DNA of 64,000 nucleotides from Eledone cirrhosa (taxonomy: Eukaryota): positions 1 to 64,000 of the forward strand of contig CAXHJY010001098.1 of assembly GCA_964016885.1 (NCBI GenBank). The letters run 5' to 3'. The notes below the pieces were generated by a model that saw only the letters and a program-made list of their open reading frames with translations, was not told where the DNA came from and did no database searches. Below, in pieces: positions 13,393 through 26,104 of this stretch (its first letter is position 1; the number at the start of each line of letters is the position of its first letter). A program made the translations under genes and the position numbers.

Positions 13393-16300
13393 TACGGAGA
13401 TATCTTGCTGAAATTCACGCCGCACATAGCCAATGAGTGTCTGCACATGTACCAGTAATTACAGATCGATCTGACCACGGGCGGCCGGCCCGCGATTGAA
13501 AAGGTAACTCCGCCGGCAAATCGTCATTTTTGGATTCGTTTTCTTCGAAGCACACCATTCGCCGGCGGACTTTGTTGACGTTTAACACGGTTTGGTTCCA
13601 CAGCCACAACTATTGATTTTACGGAGATATCTTGCTGAAATTCACGCCGCACATAGCCAATGAGTGTCTGCACATGTACCAGTAATTACAGATCGATCCG
13701 ACCACGGCCGGCCGGCCCGCGATTGAAAAGGTAACTCCGCCGGCAAATCGTCATTTTTGGATTCGTTTTCTTCGAAGCACACCATTCGCCGGCGGACTTT
13801 GTTGACGTTTAACACGGTTTGGTTCCACAGCCACAACTATTGGTTTTACGGAGATATCTTGCTGAAATTCACGCCACACATAGCCAATGAGTGTCTGCAC
13901 ATCTACCAGTAATTACAGATCGATCCGACCACGGGCGGCCGGCCCGCGATTGAAAAGGTAACTCCGCCGGCAAATCGTCATTTTTGGATTCGTTTTCTTC
14001 GAAGCACACCATTCGCCGGCGGACTTTGTTGACGTTTAACACGGTTTGGTTCCACAGCCACAACTATTGAATTTACGGAGATATCTTGCTGAAATTCACG
14101 CCACACATAGCCAATGAGTGTCTGCACATGTACCAGTAATTACAGATCGATCCGACCACGGGCGGCCGGCCCGCGATTGAAAAGGTAACTCCGCCGGCAA
14201 ATCGTCATTTTTGGATTCGTTTTCTTCGAAGCACACCATTCGCCGGCGGACTTTGTTGACGTTTAACACGGTTTGGTTCCACAGCCACAACTATTGATTT
14301 TACGGAGATATCTTGCTGAAATTCACGCCGCACATAGCCAATGAGTGTCTGCACATGTACCAGTAATTACAGATCGATCTGACCACGGGCGGCCGGCCCG
14401 CGATTGAAAAGGTAACTCCGCCGGCAAATCGTCATTTTTGGATTCGTTTTCTTCGAAGCACACCATTCGCCGGCGGACTTTGTTGACGTTTAACACGGTT
14501 TGGTTCCACAGCCACAACTATTGAATTCACGGAGATATCTTGCTGAAATTCACGCCACACATAGCCAATGAGTGTCTGCACATGTACCAGTAATTACAGA
14601 TCGATCCGACCACGGGCGGCCGGCCCGCGATTGAAAAGGTAACTCCGCCGGCAAATCGTCATTTTTGGATTCGTTTTCTTCGAAGCACACCATTCGCCGG
14701 CGGACTTTGTTGACGTTTAACACGGTTTGGTTCCACAGCCACAACTATTGATTTTACGGAGATATCTTGCTGAAATTCACGCCGCACATAGCCAATGAGT
14801 GTCTGCACATGTACCAGTAATTACAGATCGATCCGACCACGGGCGGCCGGCCCGCGATTGAAAAGGTAACTCCGCCGGCAAATCGTCATTTTTGGATTCG
14901 TTTTCTTCGAAGCACACCATTCGCCGGCGGACTTTGTTGACGTTTAACACGGTTTGGTTCCACAGCCACAACTATTGATTTTACGGAGATATCTTGCTGA
15001 AATTCACGCCGCACATAGCCAATGAGTGTCTGCACATGTACCAGTAATTACAGATCGATCTGACCACGGGCGGCCGGCCCGCGATTGAAAAGGTAACTCC
15101 GCCGGCAAATCGTCATTTTTGGATTCGTTTTCTTCGAAGCACACCATTCGCCGGCGGACTTTGTTGACGTTTAACACGGTTTGGTTCCACAGCCACAACT
15201 ATTGATTTTACGGAGATATCTTGCTGAAATTCACGCCGCACATAGCCAATGAGTGTCTGCACATGTACCAGTAATTACAGATCGATCCGACCACGGCCGG
15301 CCGGCCCGCGATTGAAAAGGTAACTCCGCCGGCAAATCGTCATTTTTGGATTCGTTTTCTTCGAAGCACACCATTCGCCGGCGGACTTTGTTGACGTTTA
15401 ACACGGTTTGGTTCCACAGCCACAACTATTGGTTTTACGGAGATATCTTGCTGAAATTCACGCCACACATAGCCAATGAGTGTCTGCACATCTACCAGTA
15501 ATTACAGATCGATCCGACCACGGGCGGCCGGCCCGCGATTGAAAAGGTAACTCCGCCGGCAAATCGTCATTTTTGGATTCGTTTTCTTCGAAGCACACCA
15601 TTCGCCGGCGGACTTTGTTGACGTTTAACACGGTTTGGTTCCACAGCCACAACTATTGAATTTACGGAGATATCTTGCTGAAATTCACGCCACACATAGC
15701 CAATGAGTGTCTGCACATGTACCAGTAATTACAGATCGATCCGACCACGGGCGGCCGGCCCGCGATTGAAAAGGTAACTCCGCCGGCAAATCGTCATTTT
15801 TGGATTCGTTTTCTTCGAAGCACACCATTCGCCGGCGGACTTTGTTGACGTTTAACACGGTTTGGTTCCACAGCCACAACTATTGATTTTACGGAGATAT
15901 CTTGCTGAAATTCACGCCGCACATAGCCAATGAGTGTCTGCACATGTACCAGTAATTACAGATCGATCTGACCACGGGCGGCCGGCCCGCGATTGAAAAG
16001 GTAACTCCGCCGGCAAATCGTCATTTTTGGATTCGTTTTCTTCGAAGCACACCATTCGCCGGCGGACTTTGTTGACGTTTAACACGGTTTGGTTCCACAG
16101 CCACAACTATTGATTTTACGGAGATATCTTGCTGAAATTCACGCCGCACATAGCCAATGAGTGTCTGCACATGTACCAGTAATTACAGATCGATCCGACC
16201 ACGGCCGGCCGGCCCGCGATTGAAAAGGTAACTCCGCCGGCAAATCGTCATTTTTGGATTCGTTTTCTTCGAAGCACACCATTCGCCGGCGGACTTTGTT

Positions 16301-18386
16301 GACGTTTAACACGGTTTGGTTCCACAGCCACAACTATTGGTTTTACGGAGATATCTTGCTGAAATTCACGCCACACATAGCCAATGAGTGTCTGCACATC
16401 TACCAGTAATTACAGATCGATCCGACCACGGGCGGCCGGCCCGCGATTGAAAAGGTAACTCCGCCGGCAAATCGTCATTTTTGGATTCGTTTTCTTCGAA
16501 GCACACCATTCGCCGGCGGACTTTGTTGACGTTTAACACGGTTTGGTTCCACAGCCACAACTATTGAATTTACGGAGATATCTTGCTGAAATTCACGCCA
16601 CACATAGCCAATGAGTGTCTGCACATGTACCAGTAATTACAGATCGATCCGACCACGGGCGGCCGGCCCGCGATTGAAAAGGTAACTCCGCCGGCAAATC
16701 GTCATTTTTGGATTCGTTTTCTTCGAAGCACACCATTCGCCGGCGGACTTTGTTGACGTTTAACACGGTTTGGTTCCACAGCCACAACTATTGATTTTAC
16801 GGAGATATCTTGCTGAAATTCACGCCGCACATAGCCAATGAGTGTCTGCACATGTACCAGTAATTACAGATCGATCTGACCACGGGCGGCCGGCCCGCGA
16901 TTGAAAAGGTAACTCCGCCGGCAAATCGTCATTTTTGGATTCGTTTTCTTCGAAGCACACCATTCGCCGGCGGACTTTGTTGACGTTTAACACGGTTTGG
17001 TTCCACAGCCACAACTATTGAATTCACGGAGATATCTTGCTGAAATTCACGCCACACATAGCCAATGAGTGTCTGCACATGTACCAGTAATTACAGATCG
17101 ATCCGACCACGGGCGGCCGGCCCGCGATTGAAAAGGTAACTCCGCCGGCAAATCGTCATTTTTGGATTCGTTTTCTTCGAAGCACACCATTCGCCGGCGG
17201 ACTTTGTTGACGTTTAACACGGTTTGGTTCCACAGCCACAACTATTGATTTTACGGAGATATCTTGCTGAAATTCACGCCGCACATAGCCAATGAGTGTC
17301 TGCACATGTACCAGTAATTACAGATCGATCCGACCACGGGCGGCCGGCCCGCGATTGAAAAGGTAACTCCGCCGGCAAATCGTCATTTTTGGATTCGTTT
17401 TCTTCGAAGCACACCATTCGCCGGCGGACTTTGTTGACGTTTAACACGGTTTGGTTCCACAGCCACAACTATTGATTTTACGGAGATATCTTGCTGAAAT
17501 TCACGCCGCACATAGCCAATGAGTGTCTGCACATGTACCAGTAATTACAGATCGATCTGACCACGGGCGGCCGGCCCGCGATTGAAAAGGTAACTCCGCC
17601 GGCAAATCGTCATTTTTGGATTCGTTTTCTTCGAAGCACACCATTCGCCGGCGGACTTTGTTGACGTTTAACACGGTTTGGTTCCACAGCCACAACTATT
17701 GATTTTACGGAGATATCTTGCTGAAATTCACGCCGCACATAGCCAATGAGTGTCTGCACATGTACCAGTAATTACAGATCGATCCGACCACGGCCGGCCG
17801 GCCCGCGATTGAAAAGGTAACTCCGCCGGCAAATCGTCATTTTTGGATTCGTTTTCTTCGAAGCACACCATTCGCCGGCGGACTTTGTTGACGTTTAACA
17901 CGGTTTGGTTCCACAGCCACAACTATTGGTTTTACGGAGATATCTTGCTGAAATTCACGCCACACATAGCCAATGAGTGTCTGCACATCTACCAGTAATT
18001 ACAGATCGATCCGACCACGGGCGGCCGGCCCGCGATTGAAAAGGTAACTCCGCCGGCAAATCGTCATTTTTGGATTCGTTTTCTTCGAAGCACACCATTC
18101 GCCGGCGGACTTTGTTGACGTTTAACACGGTTTGGTTCCACAGCCACAACTATTGAATTTACGGAGATATCTTGCTGAAATTCACGCCACACATAGCCAA
18201 TGAGTGTCTGCACATGTACCAGTAATTACAGATCGATCCGACCACGGGCGGCCGGCCCGCGATTGAAAAGGTAACTCCGCCGGCAAATCGTCATTTTTGG
18301 ATTCGTTTTCTTCGAAGCACACCATTCGCCGGCGGACTTTGTTGACGTTTAACACGGTTTGGTTCCACAGCCACAACTATTGATTT
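13393..18386. repeat. Higher-order duplication: 11-monomer block (2497 bp) x2, internally 7+4
   Basis: Marker G57C (T->R in the ORF track) occurs at ORFs 13869, 15458, 16366 and 17955 (spacings 7, 4, 7 monomers), each preceded by a G89C+A224G monomer. Units 60-70 match 71-81. Confidence 0.88.
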
Positions 18387-21110
18387 TACGGAGATATCTT
18401 GCTGAAATTCACGCCGCACATAGCCAATGAGTGTCTGCACATGTACCAGTAATTACAGATCGATCTGACCACGGGCGGCCGGCCCGCGATTGAAAAGGTA
18501 ACTCCGCCGGCAAATCGTCATTTTTGGATTCGTTTTCTTCGAAGCACACCATTCGCCGGCGGACTTTGTTGACGTTTAACACGGTTTGGTTCCACAGCCA
18601 CAACTATTGATTTTACGGAGATATCTTGCTGAAATTCACGCCGCACATAGCCAATGAGTGTCTGCACATGTACCAGTAATTACAGATCGATCTGACCACG
18701 GGCGGCCGGCCCGCGATTGAAAAGGTAACTCCGCCGGCAAATCGTCATTTTTGGATTCGTTTTCTTCGAAGCACACCATTCGCCGGCGGACTTTGTTGAC
18801 GTTTAACACGGTTTGGTTCCACAGCCACAACTATTGATTTTACGGAGATATCTTGCTGAAATTCACGCCGCACATAGCCAATGAGTGTCTGCACATGTAC
18901 CAGTAATTACAGATCGATCTGACCACGGGCGGCCGGCCCGCGATTGAAAAGGTAACTCCGCCGGCAAATCGTCATTTTTGGATTCGTTTTCTTCGAAGCA
19001 CACCATTCGCCGGCGGACTTTGTTGACGTTTAACACGGTTTGGTTCCACAGCCACAACTATTGAATTCACGGAGATATCTTGCTGAAATTCACGCCACAC
19101 ATAGCCAATGAGTGTCTGCACATGTACCAGTAATTACAGATCGATCCGACCACGGGCGGCCGGCCCGCGATTGAAAAGGTAACTCCGCCGGCAAATCGTC
19201 ATTTTTGGATTCGTTTTCTTCGAAGCACACCATTCGCCGGCGGACTTTGTTGACGTTTAACACGGTTTGGTTCCACAGCCACAACTATTGATTTTACGGA
19301 GATATCTTGCTGAAATTCACGCCGCACATAGCCAATGAGTGTCTGCACATGTACCAGTAATTACAGATCGATCCGACCACGGGCGGCCGGCCCGCGATTG
19401 AAAAGGTAACTCCGCCGGCAAATCGTCATTTTTGGATTCGTTTTCTTCGAAGCACACCATTCGCCGGCGGACTTTGTTGACGTTTAACACGGTTTGGTTC
19501 CACAGCCACAACTATTGATTTTACGGAGATATCTTGCTGAAATTCACGCCGCACATAGCCAATGAGTGTCTGCACATGTACCAGTAATTACAGATCGATC
19601 CGACCACGGGCGGCCGGCCCGCGATTGAAAAGGTAACTCCGCCGGCAAATCGTCATTTTTGGATTCGTTTTCTTCGAAGCACACCATTCGCCGGCGGACT
19701 TTGTTGACGTTTAACACGGTTTGGTTCCACAGCCACAACTATTGATTTTACGGAGATATCTTGCTGAAATTCACGCCGCACATAGCCAATGAGTGTCTGC
19801 ACATGTACCAGTAATTACAGATCGATCTGACCACGGGCGGCCGGCCCGCGATTGAAAAGGTAACTCCGCCGGCAAATCGTCATTTTTGGATTCGTTTTCT
19901 TCGAAGCACACCATTCGCCGGCGGACTTTGTTGACGTTTAACACGGTTTGGTTCCACAGCCACAACTATTGATTTTACGGAGATATCTTGCTGAAATTCA
20001 CGCCGCACATAGCCAATGAGTGTCTGCACATGTACCAGTAATTACAGATCGATCTGACCACGGGCGGCCGGCCCGCGATTGAAAAGGTAACTCCGCCGGC
20101 AAATCGTCATTTTTGGATTCGTTTTCTTCGAAGCACACCATTCGCCGGCGGACTTTGTTGACGTTTAACACGGTTTGGTTCCACAGCCACAACTATTGAT
20201 TTTACGGAGATATCTTGCTGAAATTCACGCCGCACATAGCCAATGAGTGTCTGCACATGTACCAGTAATTACAGATCGATCTGACCACGGGCGGCCGGCC
20301 CGCGATTGAAAAGGTAACTCCGCCGGCAAATCGTCATTTTTGGATTCGTTTTCTTCGAAGCACACCATTCGCCGGCGGACTTTGTTGACGTTTAACACGG
20401 TTTGGTTCCACAGCCACAACTATTGAATTCACGGAGATATCTTGCTGAAATTCACGCCACACATAGCCAATGAGTGTCTGCACATGTACCAGTAATTACA
20501 GATCGATCCGACCACGGGCGGCCGGCCCGCGATTGAAAAGGTAACTCCGCCGGCAAATCGTCATTTTTGGATTCGTTTTCTTCGAAGCACACCATTCGCC
20601 GGCGGACTTTGTTGACGTTTAACACGGTTTGGTTCCACAGCCACAACTATTGATTTTACGGAGATATCTTGCTGAAATTCACGCCGCACATAGCCAATGA
20701 GTGTCTGCACATGTACCAGTAATTACAGATCGATCCGACCACGGGCGGCCGGCCCGCGATTGAAAAGGTAACTCCGCCGGCAAATCGTCATTTTTGGATT
20801 CGTTTTCTTCGAAGCACACCATTCGCCGGCGGACTTTGTTGACGTTTAACACGGTTTGGTTCCACAGCCACAACTATTGATTTTACGGAGATATCTTGCT
20901 GAAATTCACGCCGCACATAGCCAATGAGTGTCTGCACATGTACCAGTAATTACAGATCGATCCGACCACGGGCGGCCGGCCCGCGATTGAAAAGGTAACT
21001 CCGCCGGCAAATCGTCATTTTTGGATTCGTTTTCTTCGAAGCACACCATTCGCCGGCGGACTTTGTTGACGTTTAACACGGTTTGGTTCCACAGCCACAA
21101 CTATTGATTT
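18387..21110. repeat. Higher-order duplication: 6-monomer block (1362 bp) x2
   Basis: Units 82-87 and 88-93 both read C80T, C80T, C80T+GAATTC junction, G30A, consensus, consensus. Confidence 0.85.
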
Positions 21111-24100
21111 TACGGAGATATCTTGCTGAAATTCACGCCACACATAGCCAATGAGTGTCTGCACATGTACCAGTAATTACAGATCGATCCGACCACGGGC
21201 GGCCGGCCCGCGATTAAAAAGGTAACTCCGCCGGCAAATCGTCATTTTTGGATTCGTTTTCTTCGAAGCACACCATTCGCCGGCGGACTTTGTTGACGTT
21301 TAACACGGTTTGGTTCCACAGCCACAACTATTGAATTTACGGAGATATCTTGCTGAAATTCACGCCACACATAGCCAATGAGTGTCTGCACATGTACCAG
21401 TAATTACAGATCGATCCGACCACGGGCGGCCGGCCCGCGATTGAAAAGGTAACTCCGCCGGCAAATCGTCATTTTTGGATTCGTTTTCTTCGAAGCACAC
21501 CATTCGCCGGCGGACTTTGTTGACGTTTAACACGGTTTGGTTCCACAGCCACAACTATTGATTTCACGGAGATATCTTGCTGAAATTCACGCCGCACATA
21601 GCCAATGAGTGTCTGCACATGTACCAGTAATTACAGATCGATCCGACCACGGCCGGCCGGCCCGCGATTGAAAAGGTAACTCCGCCGGCAAATCGTCATT
21701 TTTGGATTCGTTTTCTTCGAAGCACACCATTCGCCGGCGGACTTTGTTGACGTTTAACACGGTTTGGTTCCACAGCCACAACTATTGAATTCACGGAGAT
21801 ATCTTGCTGAAATTCACGCCACACATAGCCAATGAGTGTCTGCACATGTACCAGTAATTACAGATCGATCCGACCACGGGCGGCCGGCCCGCGATTGAAA
21901 AGGTAACTCCGCCGGCAAATCGTCATTTTTGGATTCGTTTTCTTCGAAGCACACCATTCGCCGGCGGACTTTGTTGACGTTTAACACGGTTTGGTTCCAC
22001 AGCCACAACTATTGATTTTACGGAGATATCTTGCTGAAATTCACGCCGCACATAGCCAATGAGTGTCTGCACATGTACCAGTAATTACAGATCGATCCGA
22101 CCACGGGCGGCCGGCCCGCGATTGAAAAGGTAACTCCGCCGGCAAATCGTCATTTTTGGATTCGTTTTCTTCGAAGCACACCATTCGCCGGCGGACTTTG
22201 TTGACGTTTAACACGGTTTGGTTCCACAGCCACAACTATTGATTTTACGGAGATATCTTGCTGAAATTCACGCCGCACATAGCCAATGAGTGTCTGCACA
22301 TGTACCAGTAATTACAGATCGATCCGACCACGGGCGGCCGGCCCGCGATTGAAAAGGTAACTCCGCCGGCAAATCGTCATTTTTGGATTCGTTTTCTTCG
22401 AAGCACACCATTCGCCGGCGGACATTGTTGACGTTTAACACGGTTTGGTTCCACAGCCACAACTATTGACTTTACGGAGATATCTTGCTGAAATTCACGC
22501 CACACATAGCCAATGAGTGTCTGCACATGTACCAGTAATTACAGATCGATCCGACCACGGGCGGCCGGCCCGCGATTGAAAAGGTAACTCCGCCGGCAAA
22601 TCGTCATTTTTGGATTCGTTTTCTTCGAAGCACACCATTCGCCGGCGGACTTTGTTGACGTTTAACACGGTTTGGTTCCACAGCCACAACTATTGATTTT
22701 ACGGAGATATCTTGCTGAAATTCACGCCGCACATAGCCAATGAGTGTCTGCACATGTACCAGTAATTACAGATCGATCCGACCACGGGCGGCCGGCCCGC
22801 GATTGAAAAGGTAACTCCGCCGGCAAATCGTCATTTTTGGATTCGTTTTCTTCGAAGCACACCATTCGCCGGCGGACTTTGTTGACGTTTAACACGGTTT
22901 GGTTCCACAGCCACAACTATTGATTTTACGGAGATATCTTGCTGAAATTCACGCCGCACATAGCCAATGAGTGTCTGCACATGTACCAGTAATTACAGAT
23001 CGATCTGACCACGGGCGGCCGGCCCGCGATTGAAAAGGTAACTCCGCCGGCAAATCGTCATTTTTGGATTCGTTTTCTTCGAAGCACACCATTCGCCGGC
23101 GGACTTTGTTGACGTTTAACACGGTTTGGTTCCACAGCCACAACTATTGATTTTACGGAGATATCTTGCTGAAATTCACGCCGCACATAGCCAATGAGTG
23201 TCTGCACATGTACCAGTAATTACAGATCGATCTGACCACGGGCGGCCGGCCCGCGATTGAAAAGGTAACTCCGCCGGCAAATCGTCATTTTTGGATTCGT
23301 TTTCTTCGAAGCACACCATTCGCCGGCGGACTTTGTTGACGTTTAACACGGTTTGGTTCCACAGCCACAACTATTGATTTTACGGAGATATCTTGCTGAA
23401 ATTCACGCCGCACATAGCCAATGAGTGTCTGCACATGTACCAGTAATTACAGATCGATCTGACCACGGGCGGCCGGCCCGCGATTGAAAAGGTAACTCCG
23501 CCGGCAAATCGTCATTTTTGGATTCGTTTTCTTCGAAGCACACCATTCGCCGGCGGACTTTGTTGACGTTTAACACGGTTTGGTTCCACAGCCACAACTA
23601 TTGAATTCACGGAGATATCTTGCTGAAATTCACGCCACACATAGCCAATGAGTGTCTGCACATGTACCAGTAATTACAGATCGATCCGACCACGGGCGGC
23701 CGGCCCGCGATTGAAAAGGTAACTCCGCCGGCAAATCGTCATTTTTGGATTCGTTTTCTTCGAAGCACACCATTCGCCGGCGGACTTTGTTGACGTTTAA
23801 CACGGTTTGGTTCCACAGCCACAACTATTGATTTTACGGAGATATCTTGCTGAAATTCACGCCGCACATAGCCAATGAGTGTCTGCACATGTACCAGTAA
23901 TTACAGATCGATCCGACCACGGGCGGCCGGCCCGCGATTGAAAAGGTAACTCCGCCGGCAAATCGTCATTTTTGGATTCGTTTTCTTCGAAGCACACCAT
24001 TCGCCGGCGGACTTTGTTGACGTTTAACACGGTTTGGTTCCACAGCCACAACTATTGATTTTACGGAGATATCTTGCTGAAATTCACGCCGCACATAGCC

Positions 24101-26104
24101 AATGAGTGTCTGCACATGTACCAGTAATTACAGATCGATCCGACCACGGGCGGCCGGCCCGCGATTGAAAAGGTAACTCCGCCGGCAAATCGTCATTTTT
24201 GGATTCGTTTTCTTCGAAGCACACCATTCGCCGGCGGACTTTGTTGACGTTTAACACGGTTTGGTTCCACAGCCACAACTATTGATTTTACGGAGATATC
24301 TTGCTGAAATTCACGCCACACATAGCCAATGAGTGTCTGCACATGTACCAGTAATTACAGATCGATCCGACCACGGGCGGCCGGCCCGCGATTAAAAAGG
24401 TAACTCCGCCGGCAAATCGTCATTTTTGGATTCGTTTTCTTCGAAGCACACCATTCGCCGGCGGACTTTGTTGACGTTTAACACGGTTTGGTTCCACAGC
24501 CACAACTATTGAATTTACGGAGATATCTTGCTGAAATTCACGCCACACATAGCCAATGAGTGTCTGCACATGTACCAGTAATTACAGATCGATCCGACCA
24601 CGGGCGGCCGGCCCGCGATTGAAAAGGTAACTCCGCCGGCAAATCGTCATTTTTGGATTCGTTTTCTTCGAAGCACACCATTCGCCGGCGGACTTTGTTG
24701 ACGTTTAACACGGTTTGGTTCCACAGCCACAACTATTGATTTCACGGAGATATCTTGCTGAAATTCACGCCGCACATAGCCAATGAGTGTCTGCACATGT
24801 ACCAGTAATTACAGATCGATCCGACCACGGCCGGCCGGCCCGCGATTGAAAAGGTAACTCCGCCGGCAAATCGTCATTTTTGGATTCGTTTTCTTCGAAG
24901 CACACCATTCGCCGGCGGACTTTGTTGACGTTTAACACGGTTTGGTTCCACAGCCACAACTATTGAATTCACGGAGATATCTTGCTGAAATTCACGCCAC
25001 ACATAGCCAATGAGTGTCTGCACATGTACCAGTAATTACAGATCGATCCGACCACGGGCGGCCGGCCCGCGATTGAAAAGGTAACTCCGCCGGCAAATCG
25101 TCATTTTTGGATTCGTTTTCTTCGAAGCACACCATTCGCCGGCGGACTTTGTTGACGTTTAACACGGTTTGGTTCCACAGCCACAACTATTGATTTTACG
25201 GAGATATCTTGCTGAAATTCACGCCGCACATAGCCAATGAGTGTCTGCACATGTACCAGTAATTACAGATCGATCCGACCACGGGCGGCCGGCCCGCGAT
25301 TGAAAAGGTAACTCCGCCGGCAAATCGTCATTTTTGGATTCGTTTTCTTCGAAGCACACCATTCGCCGGCGGACTTTGTTGACGTTTAACACGGTTTGGT
25401 TCCACAGCCACAACTATTGATTTTACGGAGATATCTTGCTGAAATTCACGCCGCACATAGCCAATGAGTGTCTGCACATGTACCAGTAATTACAGATCGA
25501 TCCGACCACGGGCGGCCGGCCCGCGATTGAAAAGGTAACTCCGCCGGCAAATCGTCATTTTTGGATTCGTTTTCTTCGAAGCACACCATTCGCCGGCGGA
25601 CATTGTTGACGTTTAACACGGTTTGGTTCCACAGCCACAACTATTGACTTTACGGAGATATCTTGCTGAAATTCACGCCACACATAGCCAATGAGTGTCT
25701 GCACATGTACCAGTAATTACAGATCGATCCGACCACGGGCGGCCGGCCCGCGATTGAAAAGGTAACTCCGCCGGCAAATCGTCATTTTTGGATTCGTTTT
25801 CTTCGAAGCACACCATTCGCCGGCGGACTTTGTTGACGTTTAACACGGTTTGGTTCCACAGCCACAACTATTGATTTTACGGAGATATCTTGCTGAAATT
25901 CACGCCGCACATAGCCAATGAGTGTCTGCACATGTACCAGTAATTACAGATCGATCCGACCACGGGCGGCCGGCCCGCGATTGAAAAGGTAACTCCGCCG
26001 GCAAATCGTCATTTTTGGATTCGTTTTCTTCGAAGCACACCATTCGCCGGCGGACTTTGTTGACGTTTAACACGGTTTGGTTCCACAGCCACAACTATTG
26101 ATTT
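19749..26104. repeat. Higher-order duplication: 14-monomer block (3178 bp) x2
   Basis: G106A at 21216 and 24394, GATTTC junction at 21565 and 24743, and T179A in ORFs 22268 and 25446 are all offset by 3178 bp. Confidence 0.9.
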
